Shown here one piece after another: positions 9,134 to 19,078 of a DNA stretch of 64,000 nt (position 1 is the first letter of the stretch; every line of letters begins with the position of its first letter). The stretch is taken from the NCBI GenBank assembly GCA_044223005.1, contig JBGAML010000006.1, positions 96,001-160,000 of the forward strand, given 5' to 3'. The stretch is from Candidatus Eiseniibacteriota bacterium (lineage in GTDB: Bacteria; Eisenbacteria; RBG-16-71-46). The translations under genes were made by a program, and so were the position numbers. The notes beneath the pieces were generated by a model that was not told the DNA's origin, made no database searches, and saw only the letters and a list, made by a program, of their open reading frames with translations.

Positions 9134-10828
9134 GTGAACCGCAATCGCTGGATCGCCGTCGCCGCCGTGCTCGTCGTGGTGGTGCTCGGCGTCGTCTGGA
9201 TGAAGTCCCGGGGGCACAAGGAAGCCCCCAAGTACCGCACCGCCACCGTCGAGCGCGGCGACATCACCGCGACGGTGTCCGCGACGGGCAGCGTGGAGCC
9301 CGTGCTGCAGGTGCAGGTCGGCAGCCAGGTGAGCGGCACGCTCGCGAAGCTCTATGTGGACTACAACTCGCACGTGCGTGCGGGCCAGGTGCTCGCGCAG
9401 CTCGAGACGTCGGCGTTCCGCGCGCGGCTCGCGCAGGCCGAGGCCTCCGTCGCACGCGCGCAGGCCACGCTCACGAACGGCCAGCTGGCGCTCAAGCGCA
9501 CGATCGAGCTGCAGCGCGGCAACTTCGTCGCGCAGGCGGACGTGGACGCCGCGCAGGCGACCGTCGGCCAGCAGCAGGCGGACCTGAAGCAGGCGCAGGC
9601 GGCGCTGCAGTCCGCGCAGGTCGACCTCGGCCACACGACGATCACGTCGCCCATCGACGGCGTCGTGATCTCGCGCTCGATCGACGTGGGCCAGACCGTC
9701 GCCGCGAGCCTGCAGGCGCCGCAGCTGTTCGTGATCGCGAACGACCTGCGGCAGATGCAGGTCGAGACCAAGATCGACGAAGCCGACATCGGCCGCATCC
9801 AGAACGGGCTGCCGGTCGAGTTCACGGTCGACGCGTATCCCGACGTGACGTTCGAGGGCGCCGTGTCGCAGGTGCGCCTCGAGCCGGTCGTCGAGTCCAA
9901 CGTCGTCACGTACACGACCGTCATCTCGACGCGCAACGACGACCTGCGGCTGCGGCCCGGCATGACGGCGAACGTCGTGGTGAAGACCGCGACGCACACC
10001 GGCGTGCTCAAGGTCCCGAACGCGGCACTGCGCTTCAAGCCCGCCGGCGCGAGCGGCCCCGGCGGCAACGGCGGCGGCATGCGCGGCATGGGGGGTGGCG
10101 CGCAAGGCGGTGGCTCGCCGAACGGCGGCTTCCGCCGCGGCTTCGCGGCGCTGCTTTCGCGCGTCGTGCCGAGCGCGTTCGCGCAGGAACCGCCTCCGGG
10201 CGGTCCCGGCGCCGGCGATCGCCGGCCCGCGGATCCGTTCCTGCAGCAGGTGCGCGAGCGCGTGCAGAAGGGTGAGATCACGCGCGAGCAGGCGCGCGAG
10301 CTGATCCGGAAGCACTTCGAGGAACTCGGCGTCGCGCCGCCCGGTGGTCCGGGCGGTCCCGGCGGCCCGCCCGCCGGCGCTCCAGGTGAACCCGGCGCGG
10401 GTGTGGGTGCGCCTCCGGCCGGACGTGGCGCCGAGACCGGCATGCGGCCGCGCGACGCGATGGGTGCGCGGCCCGGCGCGCCGCCCGCGGGCGGCGCGAA
10501 CGGTGCGTGGCGCCGCGGCGGTGCGCGCGACTCGAGCGCGCGCGGCGGCAACGGTGCATGGGGCGCGGGCCGGAACGGCCATGCGCTGCCCGACGGTTTC
10601 CGGCCGGGCGCCGTCTACGTGCTGCGCGACAAGCAGCCGGCCCGCGTGCACGTGCTCTCCGGCATCACCGACGGACAGTTCACCGAGGTGCGCACGGACT
10701 CGCTGAAGGAAGGCGACACGGTGATCGTCGGCCTCGACGTGTCGGCGCAGTCGAAGGGCAGCCTCACGCCACCGCCGGGCATGGGCGGGCCGCAGTTCGG
10801 CCGCCCGGGCGGAGGTGGCCGGCGATGA
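9134..10828 (+). CDS. MacA-like periplasmic adaptor (membrane fusion protein) with long Gly/Pro-rich insertion
   Basis: N-terminal TM helix; VSATGSVEP, VGSQVSG, ITSPIDGVVISR, GQTVAASLQAP, IDEADIG, LRPGMTANV. Confidence 0.92.
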   Translation: MNRNRWIAVAAVLVVVVLGVVWMKSRGHKEAPKYRTATVERGDITATVSATGSVEPVLQVQVGSQVSGTLAKLYVDYNSHVRAGQVLAQLETSAFRARLAQAEASVARAQATLTNGQLALKRTIELQRGNFVAQADVDAAQATVGQQQADLKQAQAALQSAQVDLGHTTITSPIDGVVISRSIDVGQTVAASLQAPQLFVIANDLRQMQVETKIDEADIGRIQNGLPVEFTVDAYPDVTFEGAVSQVRLEPVVESNVVTYTTVISTRNDDLRLRPGMTANVVVKTATHTGVLKVPNAALRFKPAGASGPGGNGGGMRGMGGGAQGGGSPNGGFRRGFAALLSRVVPSAFAQEPPPGGPGAGDRRPADPFLQQVRERVQKGEITREQARELIRKHFEELGVAPPGGPGGPGGPPAGAPGEPGAGVGAPPAGRGAETGMRPRDAMGARPGAPPAGGANGAWRRGGARDSSARGGNGAWGAGRNGHALPDGFRPGAVYVLRDKQPARVHVLSGITDGQFTEVRTDSLKEGDTVIVGLDVSAQSKGSLTPPPGMGGPQFGRPGGGGRR

Positions 10829-12045
10829 TGGCGCCCGGGCAGCTCGTCGCTCTGGGCATGCACGCGCTGACGCGCAATCGCATGCGTTCGGCGCTGACGG
10901 TGCTGGGCATCGTGATCGGCGTCGCGGCCGTGATCGCGACGCTCGCGATCGGGCAGGGCGCGCGCTCGGCCGTGCAGGCGCAGATCGCCAATCTCGGCGC
11001 GAACGTGATGACGGTGATGCCCGGCACGGTCACCGCCGGCGGCGCGCGCATGGGCATGGGCGGCGTCACGACCCTGGTGCCCGAGGACGCCGACGCGATC
11101 CTGCGCGAGTGCCCGGCCGTCGCCGCGCTCTCGCCGCAGGTGCGCCGCGGCGCGCAGATCGTCTTCGGTGACCAGAACTGGTCGACCACCGTGCAGGGCG
11201 TTTCGCCGTCCTACCTCGACATCCGCCAGTGGCCGCTCGCGAGCGGCGCGATGTTCACCGACAGTGACGTGCGCGGGTCGGCCAAGGTCTGCGTGCTCGG
11301 CAGCGAAGTGCGCGACCAGCTGTTCGGCACCGACGATCCGGTCGGGCAGGTGATCCGCATCAAGGACATGCCGTTCCGCGTGGTCGGCCTGCTCTCGTCC
11401 AAGGGCGGGCAGGGCATGATGGGCAACCAGGACGACGTGGTGCTCATCCCGTGGACGACCGCGCAGCACAAGCTGGTCGGGATCACCTACCTGCAGAACA
11501 TCAGCCTGTCGGCGGTGAGCGCCGCGCAGGTGCCGGTGGCACAGGAACAGATCACCGAGCTGCTGCGGCAGCGGCACCGCATCCGTCCGGGCGACAACGA
11601 CGACTTCTTCTTCTTCACGCAGCAGGACATCGCCAGCACCGCCGAGACCACGAGCCGGACCATGACGATGCTGCTCGCGAGCATCGCCGCGGTGTCGCTG
11701 CTCGTGGGCGGCATCGGGATCATGAACATCATGCTGGTCTCGGTGACCGAGCGCACCCGCGAGATCGGCATCCGCCGCGCGATCGGCGCCAAGCGGCAGG
11801 ACATCCTGCTGCAGTTCCTCGTCGAGTCGGTGTTCCTCTCGCTCGCCGGGGGCGCGATCGGCGCCGCGATCGGCGTCGGCACCGCGCGTGCGGTGACGTC
11901 GCTCGCGCACTGGCCGACGCAGGTGCAGCCGCAGGTCGTGGTGATCGCGCTCGTGTTCGCGTCGATGGTCGGCGTGTTCTTCGGGTTCTACCCGGCCAAG
12001 CGCGCCGCCGACCTCGACGTGATCGAATCACTGCGCTACGAGTAG
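10825..12045 (+). CDS. MacB/FtsX-type ABC transporter permease (no NBD)
   Basis: RSALTVLGIVIGVAAVI, SLLVGGIGIMNIMLVSVTERTREIGIRRAIGA, FGFYPAKRAA; ATGA overlap with macA. Confidence 0.93.
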   Translation: MMAPGQLVALGMHALTRNRMRSALTVLGIVIGVAAVIATLAIGQGARSAVQAQIANLGANVMTVMPGTVTAGGARMGMGGVTTLVPEDADAILRECPAVAALSPQVRRGAQIVFGDQNWSTTVQGVSPSYLDIRQWPLASGAMFTDSDVRGSAKVCVLGSEVRDQLFGTDDPVGQVIRIKDMPFRVVGLLSSKGGQGMMGNQDDVVLIPWTTAQHKLVGITYLQNISLSAVSAAQVPVAQEQITELLRQRHRIRPGDNDDFFFFTQQDIASTAETTSRTMTMLLASIAAVSLLVGGIGIMNIMLVSVTERTREIGIRRAIGAKRQDILLQFLVESVFLSLAGGAIGAAIGVGTARAVTSLAHWPTQVQPQVVVIALVFASMVGVFFGFYPAKRAADLDVIESLRYE

Positions 12046-12049
12046 CGCG

Positions 12050-12081
12050 TGCGCGGCGGGCCGGCCACGGCCCGCCGCGCA
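12050..12081. terminator. Hairpin between convergent genes
   Basis: 14-bp stem TGCGCGGCGGGCCG-GCCA-CGGCCCGCCGCGCA. Confidence 0.6.
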
Positions 12082-12085
12082 GGAC

Positions 12086-14713
12086 TCAGCGCACCAGCGC
12101 GATGCGCCGCCGCTCGCGTACGACGCCGTCCACGGCGAGCCGCGCGAAGTAGAGTCCCGGCGCCAGCGTGCGCGGCGCTTCGCCCGCGAGTTCGCGCGTG
12201 CCGGCGGCGCACGGGCCACTCCAGAGCGTCGCGACGCGGCGGCCCTGCACGTCGAGCAGCGCCCAGTCGACGCGTGCGTCGCGGGCGAGCGCGAGGCGCA
12301 GCCGCACGGGGCCGCGCGTCGGGTTGGGGCCGGTGAACGCGATCGCGTCCGCGGGTGCTTCCGGCGCGACGCCCACGTTCGTGTCGTCCGGCCAGTGCAC
12401 GTGGACGTGGTCCACCCACAGGCCGCCGAAGCCGAGGTAGTCGTCGCTGCTCATCCGCACGCGCACGCGCACCGGGCCGGGCGCCGCCGCCGAGAGGTCG
12501 AGCGTGCGCGTCGTCCACGGCGACTCGCCACTCCAGCAGGCGCGGCCGGAGTCGAGGAACGGCGTGCCGCCGAGCACCTGGTGCGTGTAGCCGGGAAGCG
12601 GCTCCACCGGCACCCACGGGCCGCTGCCCACCTGCCACTCGACGACGGCGCCGTCCCACGCGTCCGCGGGATCGGCTTCCTCGAGCGAGTGGCGTTCGTC
12701 GAACGCGAGCGTCGTTCCCGGGACGACGTCGTAGATCCACGGCGTGAAGAGCGCCGCGTCGACGTGCGGCGGGTAAGGGCCGCCGTCGGTGCTGCCGCAC
12801 TTCCACGCCGCGCCGCCGGCGGGCGAGCCGTCGTCGGTGTCGAGATGCCACGCGTCGCGGCCCGACCAGAGCACGGGGAAGTGCTGCCAGCCGGCGGGCG
12901 GGTTCTCGAAATCGTCGTACGCGTCGTGGCCGAGTCGCAGCGTGTCGAAGCCGGCGCGCGACCAGCCCGTGTTCTGCGCCGTCGCCGCGTCGCGCGCGCC
13001 GAAGCGGTAGGCGATCCGGTGCCCGCGCCCGACGCCGGGTGCGAGCGAGGCGACGAACGAATCCGCGCCCGCGGCCGTGGCCGGCGTCACCTGGAGCGGA
13101 CCGCCGTCGGCCGACCATTCGAGCCACACCGCCGCGACACCGAGGTTGTCGCGCACGCGGGCGAGCAGCGGCAGCGGCAGGCGGTCCGCCGACTGGCGCG
13201 GCACGGCGGCGTGCGTCACGACCGGCGGCTCGAGGTCGGGGCCGACCGTGAACGTGAACGGCGCCGCGGGGCCCGCCGCCGGAAGCTGCGCGGCGATGCC
13301 GGCCGAATCGCTCGCCGCCGCGAGCCAGTACTGCACCGTGGTGCCGGCCGGGAACGCCGGGAGCACGGCCGCGAACGAATCCGCGGCCACGGGCGCGAGC
13401 GTCATCGCCTGGTACGGGGCCACCGTGCTGGTGCGCCAGTGCAGCGTCACCGAGCCGGGATCGAGCGCGAGCGGCACGCTTCCGGGTTCGATCCACGCGC
13501 GCACGCCCACCGCCCGCGGAGCGACCGTGTCCTCCGTGTCGCGCAACGGTTCGTGCGCGAGCCGCACGGCGCCGGCCCGCGGCACGAGTGAGACGTCGAC
13601 GCTGCCGCGGCCCTCGGTCGCCGCGGCGAGGCGCGGGGGAAAGAGCGTGCGGATCGCCTGGAGCTTCGCGAGGTCGGCGCCCGACGGGGCCTGGCCCTGC
13701 GGCACCACGAGCACGAACGCGACGCGCCAATGATGCGGCGACGATGCGGCCGCCGGCAGGCGCGGGCCGTTCTGGTTCTCGAGCTCGTCGATCGTCCACG
13801 CCGTCGCACGCCCGAGGCAGCCCACGCCGATCGCCGGCACGGTGGTCGGGCCGTACGCCCCGGGCGGCTCGATCTGCAGCGGATCGTTCACGACCACGAT
13901 CGGCGGCAGTTCGCTGCGGTCGCGCAGGCCCATGAGGTACTGGTCGAGCGCGCCGAAGCGGTCGACCATCGCCGTGGTCACGAACGAGTCCGCCCGCACG
14001 GACGCCCAGTCGAGCCCCTCCATGAACGACGCGTCGGCGTCGGCGAAGAAGCCCCAGTGCTGCAGGTCGCGGCCGAGCAGCGCGGTCGACGGCGTGCCGG
14101 CGGAGTCGACGCGCACGTACGCGAGCCAGCGGTGCCCGAACTCGTGCGCGAGCACGGCCATGGCGCTGTAGACGTCGCCGGACGTGATCACCTGGTCCGG
14201 GTCGGCGGGGTAGCGGGACAGCGAGTTCATGGTGAGGATCGCCTGCAGGTTCGCCGCGCTCCCGAACGCGGCGCCCTGGTCGAAGAGCGGCAGCCCGATC
14301 CCGTGCGTGTCGTTGCGCACCACCCATGCCGCGGCGAGCGCGCCGTCGGAACCGAACCACTCGAGCGGACCGCTCGCCTCGTAGAGCGCGAGGAAATCGT
14401 AGTCGTCGCCATGCGTGCGGTAGAAGGCCCGCGAGACGGCGGCGACGTCGACGAGGCGGTGGCCGTCGCGGTCGGTGTACACGAACGTGCCGTCGTCCTC
14501 GAGCACGGCGAGGTCGCCGACATCGACCGAGAGCGGCGCGGCGGCCGGCGCGGGCGCGTCGCCGCGCGCCGCAGCGGCGCTCGCGCCGGCGCCGGCCGCG
14601 CGGGCGGGCGAGACGTTCCACGCGTGGCGCAACGCGGGCACGTCCGGCGCCGCGTGGGCGAGCGGGGCGAGCAGCGTGGCGGCGAGGAGGACGATCACCG
14701 GGACGGGGCGCAC
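12086..14713 (-). CDS. Secreted zinc metallopeptidase-like multidomain protein with C-terminal FlgD-Ig/T9SS-like domain
   Basis: Signal peptide ending LAHA; AHEFGHRW zinc motif, downstream QHW and SFMEG; Ig-like segments; C-terminus NPTRG...DVQGRRVATL...GLYFARL. Confidence 0.8.
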   Translation of the reverse strand: MRPVPVIVLLAATLLAPLAHAAPDVPALRHAWNVSPARAAGAGASAAAARGDAPAPAAAPLSVDVGDLAVLEDDGTFVYTDRDGHRLVDVAAVSRAFYRTHGDDYDFLALYEASGPLEWFGSDGALAAAWVVRNDTHGIGLPLFDQGAAFGSAANLQAILTMNSLSRYPADPDQVITSGDVYSAMAVLAHEFGHRWLAYVRVDSAGTPSTALLGRDLQHWGFFADADASFMEGLDWASVRADSFVTTAMVDRFGALDQYLMGLRDRSELPPIVVVNDPLQIEPPGAYGPTTVPAIGVGCLGRATAWTIDELENQNGPRLPAAASSPHHWRVAFVLVVPQGQAPSGADLAKLQAIRTLFPPRLAAATEGRGSVDVSLVPRAGAVRLAHEPLRDTEDTVAPRAVGVRAWIEPGSVPLALDPGSVTLHWRTSTVAPYQAMTLAPVAADSFAAVLPAFPAGTTVQYWLAAASDSAGIAAQLPAAGPAAPFTFTVGPDLEPPVVTHAAVPRQSADRLPLPLLARVRDNLGVAAVWLEWSADGGPLQVTPATAAGADSFVASLAPGVGRGHRIAYRFGARDAATAQNTGWSRAGFDTLRLGHDAYDDFENPPAGWQHFPVLWSGRDAWHLDTDDGSPAGGAAWKCGSTDGGPYPPHVDAALFTPWIYDVVPGTTLAFDERHSLEEADPADAWDGAVVEWQVGSGPWVPVEPLPGYTHQVLGGTPFLDSGRACWSGESPWTTRTLDLSAAAPGPVRVRVRMSSDDYLGFGGLWVDHVHVHWPDDTNVGVAPEAPADAIAFTGPNPTRGPVRLRLALARDARVDWALLDVQGRRVATLWSGPCAAGTRELAGEAPRTLAPGLYFARLAVDGVVRERRRIALVR

Positions 14714-14843
14714 GGGGAGAAGTCTACCCAAACCGCGGTCCGGCGCGGCAGCGCGTTTCGCGCCCGGTCCGGGACGTGGCGGGCCGCGGGCCGATGGTAT
14801 AGTCCCGTGTCCGTACGAGCGGTCCGACCCGAGAGAGCCCCGA

Positions 14844-16127
14844 GTGAAACCCGACTGGCACCGTCTCAAGGCCGTGGTGCTCGAGAGCGACGACTGGGGA
14901 CTCTGCGCGTGGGTGCCCGACGCCGAGGCGCATGCGCGGCTCGCGCGCCAGCCCGCGTTCGCGAGCGAGCCTGGCCGCCGCTACGGCCGCTCGACGCTCG
15001 AGTCCGCCGCCGACGTGCAGGAACTGGCGGCGACGCTGCTCGAGTTCCGCGGCGCCGACGGCGTGCCGCCGGCGCTGCAGGCGAACACGATCCTCGCCTC
15101 GCCCGACTGGCCGCACGTGACGCCGCCGTTCACCGAGGGCTCGCTGGCGCTGCGTTCGCTCGGCACCTATCAGGGCCGCTGGGCGCGGCCCGGGCTGCTG
15201 CAGGCCATGCTCGACGCGATCGCGGCGGGGGCGTGGTGGCCGGAGCTGCACGGCCTGCACCACATTCCCGAGGACGCGTGGCTCGCGGCGCTGCGCCGCG
15301 GCGATCCGGATGCCCGCGCGGCGCTGGCGGAAGAGAGCCTGCTCTGCGCGGCGGTCGAGGCGAGCGGCGAGTACGACCCGCGCGAGTCGCGCACGACGCG
15401 CGAGCGCAACCTGCGGATCGCGCTCGCCCGGTTCGTCGCGCTCTTCGGCCGCGTGCCCGACTCGTTCTGCCCGCCCGACTACCGCGCCGACGCGTGGCTC
15501 GAGCAGGAGGCCCGCACGCTCGGCGTCGCGACGATCCAGGGCGCGCACGAACGCGACCCGAGCCTGCTCGGCGCGCTGCGGCGCCGCTTCGCGCCGGCGC
15601 CGTTCCCGTTCGAGCGCCACGGGTTGTTCGTCATGCCGGCGCGCACGGCGTTCGAGCCGCGCGGCGACGGCTCCGGCGCGGGGCGCGTCGGGGTCGCGGC
15701 CGCGCACGCGGCCGCGCACCGGGCGTGGGCCGCCGGCCGGCCGCTCGTGCTCTCGACGCACCGTCTCAACTACGCGCACCTCGACTCGGCCTGGTCCGCC
15801 GCCGGCCGGGCGGCGCTCCGTTCGCTGCTCGGTGCCCTCGCGGCCGACGGCGCGTCGTTCTGGGTCGACGCCGAGGTGCGCGAACTGGCGGCGCGCGGCT
15901 GGTCGGTGCGCGGGGTGGGGCCGCGGGCGGCCCTGCTGCGGATCGCGGTCCCGACCGCGGACGGCGCGCCGATCCGCGTGCCCGCACCGGCGTACGCGAG
16001 TCGCGCCCGGCTGCTGCCGATACCGGGACCGCCGGCGGACGGACGGGAGTCGATCGCCGTCGCCGGCGGCGCCGCGGAGGTGCACGCCTCCCCGGGCGCG
16101 TGGCGGATCGAGTGGGAGGGCGCATGA
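14844..16127 (+). CDS. Polysaccharide deacetylase-like (NodB/glycoside hydrolase-deacetylase fold) protein
   Basis: VVLESDDWG, PELHGLHH, SFCPPDY, LSTHRLNY. Confidence 0.6.
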   Translation: MKPDWHRLKAVVLESDDWGLCAWVPDAEAHARLARQPAFASEPGRRYGRSTLESAADVQELAATLLEFRGADGVPPALQANTILASPDWPHVTPPFTEGSLALRSLGTYQGRWARPGLLQAMLDAIAAGAWWPELHGLHHIPEDAWLAALRRGDPDARAALAEESLLCAAVEASGEYDPRESRTTRERNLRIALARFVALFGRVPDSFCPPDYRADAWLEQEARTLGVATIQGAHERDPSLLGALRRRFAPAPFPFERHGLFVMPARTAFEPRGDGSGAGRVGVAAAHAAAHRAWAAGRPLVLSTHRLNYAHLDSAWSAAGRAALRSLLGALAADGASFWVDAEVRELAARGWSVRGVGPRAALLRIAVPTADGAPIRVPAPAYASRARLLPIPGPPADGRESIAVAGGAAEVHASPGAWRIEWEGA

Positions 16128-16885
16128 GTTCGCCGTGGCGCCGGCTCACCTCGGGTGGTTCGGGACGCGTGTCGTTCTGGAAGTTCAACTGGCTCGCGAA
16201 CCACAAGGTGCTCGCGGCCGTCCGGCGTGCCGGGCGGCACGCCCGCGGGACGCTGCTCGACGTGGGCTGCGGCTCGATGCCCTTCGCGTCCGCGCTCGCA
16301 GGGCGCGTGAGCCGTTACGTCGGCGTCGACCTGCCCGGCTCGCACGACTTCTGGGGCGCGCACCCGCACGCTTACGGTCGCGCCGAGCAGCTGCCCTTCC
16401 GCGACGGCGCGTTCGACACGGTGCTGTCGCTCTCGCTGCTCAACTACCTGCCGGAGCCCGGCGCGATGATCGCCGAGGCGCACCGGCTGCTGAAGCCCGG
16501 CGGGATGCTGCTGCTCGAGTTCCCGCAGACGCTGCCGCTCGACGACGTGGATCGCGACTACTTCCGGTTCACCCGTCACGCGGCCGACCTGCTGCTCCGG
16601 CGCAACGGCTTCGAGCCGGTGGAGTTCCTGCCGATCGGCAGCCTGCCGGCGCGCGTCGGGCTGTCGATGATCGATGCATTACGCAAGCTGAACCGCGGCC
16701 CCACCCGGATCCTCACCGAATTGCCGGTCCGCCTGCTCTACGTGATCATCCAATTGGTGGCGGAAGCCCTCGACCGCCTGCTGTTCAACCCGGACGAAGT
16801 GCTCGCGCACCTCGTCGTCGCACGCCGGCTGCCCGCCCAGGGAGCGGTTCACGATCCCTTGACCGCGCCGGGCGCACGCGACTAG
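16124..16885 (+). CDS. Class I SAM-dependent methyltransferase
   Basis: LLDVGCG, YVGVD, LPFRDGAFDTVL, RLLKPGG, DYFRFT; ATGA overlap with the upstream gene. Confidence 0.9.
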   Translation: MSSPWRRLTSGGSGRVSFWKFNWLANHKVLAAVRRAGRHARGTLLDVGCGSMPFASALAGRVSRYVGVDLPGSHDFWGAHPHAYGRAEQLPFRDGAFDTVLSLSLLNYLPEPGAMIAEAHRLLKPGGMLLLEFPQTLPLDDVDRDYFRFTRHAADLLLRRNGFEPVEFLPIGSLPARVGLSMIDALRKLNRGPTRILTELPVRLLYVIIQLVAEALDRLLFNPDEVLAHLVVARRLPAQGAVHDPLTAPGARD

Positions 16886-16896
16886 CCTCTTTCGCC

Positions 16897-18645
16897 ATGC
16901 AATCCCCGCGCACCACCGCTCCGCCGCCCGTGGTCCGGCTCCTGCCGCAGCTCGCCGACTACGCCGCCCGCCAGTATGGAGACTCGCCGTTCCTCCTGCG
17001 CCGCAGTGGCGACGGGTGGACCGGCTTCACGTTCGCCCAGGCCGCCCGCGCCACGCACTCGTTCACCGCGCTCCTCGAGCGCGTCGGTGTGCGGCCCGGC
17101 GACCGCGTGGGCCTGCAGAGCGAGAACCGTCCGGAGTGGGGGCTCGCGTACCTCGCGATCCTCGAAGCCGGTGGCGTCGTGGTGCCGCTCGACGCGCAGC
17201 TCAAGGCGCAGGAGGTGGGCGAGATCCTCGCGACCGCCGGCGCGCGCTTCATCGTCACCAGCGCTCGGCTGATGTCGGTCGCCGACGCGGTGCGCTCGAC
17301 GCGCCTGCCCGACCTGGGCGTGATCTCGCTCGATCCCGCCGAGGGCCTGCCGACGTGGGAGGAGGCCCAGCGCCAGTTCCCCGACGAGAAGGCGCGCGAA
17401 CCGCGCGCCGACGCCGGCGACCTCGCCGTGATCATCTTCACCTCGGGCACGACGGGGCAGGCGAAGGGCGTCATGCTCTCGCACATGAACCTGCTCTCCA
17501 ACGCCGAGGGCGTGGCCCGCTCGTTCGACGTGGGGCCGGGCGACCGGATGCTCAGCATCCTGCCCATGCACCATACGCTCGAGTGCACGATCGGCTTCCT
17601 CTGCCCGCTGCGCATGGGCGCCAGCGTCGCGTACGCGCGCGGGCTCGACTCCAAGCAGCTGCGCGAGGACATGCGCGGCTCGGGCGCGACGATCTTCGTC
17701 GCGGTGCCGCTGCTCTACGAGAAGCTGCTGACCGCGATCCATCGCGGCATCGAGGACCTGCCCACGCCGCGGAAGCTGCTCGTGAACTCGCTCTTCTGGG
17801 CGACCCGGCTCGTGCGCTGGGGCACGCGCGCGCGCATCGGCAAGTCGCTGCTGCGTCCCGTGCGCGAGAAGGCGGGCCTCGACAAGATCCGCATCTTCGC
17901 CTGCGGCGCGGCGCCGCTCGCCCCCGAGGTGTTCTGGGGCTTCACCGACTTCGGCTGGACGATGGTCGAGGGCTACGGCCTGACCGAGACGAGCCCGGTC
18001 GTGACGTTCAACCTGCCGTCGCGCTCGCGCCCGGGCGGCGTCGGCTGGCCCATGGTCGGCATCGAGGTGCGCATCGACTCGCCCGACGCCGAAGGCAACG
18101 GCGAGATCGCCGTGCGCGGGCCCAACGTCATGCTCGGCTACTACGGGAATCCCGAGGCGACCGCCGAGGTGCTGCGGGACGGCTGGTTCTACACGGGCGA
18201 CCTCGGGCGCTTCCTGCCCGACGGCCGCGTCCGGATCACCGGCCGGCTCAAGAACATGATCGCGACCGCCGCGGGCAAGAAGATCTATCCCGAGGAGATC
18301 GAGATCCAGCTCGGCGACAGCCCGTACGTGCTCGAGGTCGTCGTCGCGGCGGGCAAGGACGCGCGCGGAGAGCGCGAAGAGGTGCACGCGCACATCTACC
18401 CGAACCTGCCCGAGCTCGAACTGCTCGCGCGGGCGCAGAACAAGACCTGCGACGACGCGTTCGTCGAGGAGACCCTGCGCACGCACGTCGACGCGCGCTG
18501 CGAAGCACTCGCGCCCTACAAGCGCGTCAAGCGGGTGATCGTGCGCAAGCAGGAGTTCCCCAAGACGACGACGGGGAAGATCAAGCGCCAGAACCTCTCC
18601 GCCGACGCCAACGCCGCTCCGGTGCGCGCGGCGGGCGTGGCCTGA
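16897..18645 (+). CDS. Long-chain fatty acid-CoA ligase (AMP-binding enzyme)
   Basis: IIFTSGTTGQAKGVMLSH, EGYGLTETSP, WFYTGDLG, GRLKNMI, FPKTTTGKIKR. Confidence 0.93.
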   Translation: MQSPRTTAPPPVVRLLPQLADYAARQYGDSPFLLRRSGDGWTGFTFAQAARATHSFTALLERVGVRPGDRVGLQSENRPEWGLAYLAILEAGGVVVPLDAQLKAQEVGEILATAGARFIVTSARLMSVADAVRSTRLPDLGVISLDPAEGLPTWEEAQRQFPDEKAREPRADAGDLAVIIFTSGTTGQAKGVMLSHMNLLSNAEGVARSFDVGPGDRMLSILPMHHTLECTIGFLCPLRMGASVAYARGLDSKQLREDMRGSGATIFVAVPLLYEKLLTAIHRGIEDLPTPRKLLVNSLFWATRLVRWGTRARIGKSLLRPVREKAGLDKIRIFACGAAPLAPEVFWGFTDFGWTMVEGYGLTETSPVVTFNLPSRSRPGGVGWPMVGIEVRIDSPDAEGNGEIAVRGPNVMLGYYGNPEATAEVLRDGWFYTGDLGRFLPDGRVRITGRLKNMIATAAGKKIYPEEIEIQLGDSPYVLEVVVAAGKDARGEREEVHAHIYPNLPELELLARAQNKTCDDAFVEETLRTHVDARCEALAPYKRVKRVIVRKQEFPKTTTGKIKRQNLSADANAAPVRAAGVA

Positions 18646-18664
18646 CGGCGGGCGCGCCGCCGGC

Positions 18665-19078
18665 TCACTTCCTCTTCGCCGGCCGGGCGCCCTTCACGGC
18701 CTTCGCCGCGACGCTCTCCGCCGTCCAGACCACGCCGCCGTCGCGCCCGATCTCGACGCGGTGGCGCATGTGCACCGGGCCCGTGATCACGCGCCCGCCG
18801 TTCCAGGCGAGTTCGCTGTCGGCCCCGGCCCACTGCCAGTGCAGCGCCAGCGTGCCGTCTCCGCGCACCGGGAAGGGGAACGCCACGCTCGCACCCGCGG
18901 GGAGCGTGTCCGCGGTGAACGACTGGTGCGCGACCTCGAGCCGGAGCAGGCGCACGGGCTGGCCGGAATGGTTGACGACGACCGCGACGTCACGCGGGGG
19001 CCGGTGCGCGTCCGCCCACCATTTCCCCGCGAGAACCAAGACGAGCGCGAGAACGGCGAGGACGATCGGGCGGCGCAT
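18665..19078 (-). CDS. Hypothetical exported/membrane-anchored protein (137 aa)
   Basis: MRRPIVLAVLALVLVLAG hydrophobic N-terminus, beta-rich body, GGAG RBS. Confidence 0.65.
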   Translation of the reverse strand: MRRPIVLAVLALVLVLAGKWWADAHRPPRDVAVVVNHSGQPVRLLRLEVAHQSFTADTLPAGASVAFPFPVRGDGTLALHWQWAGADSELAWNGGRVITGPVHMRHRVEIGRDGGVVWTAESVAAKAVKGARPAKRK

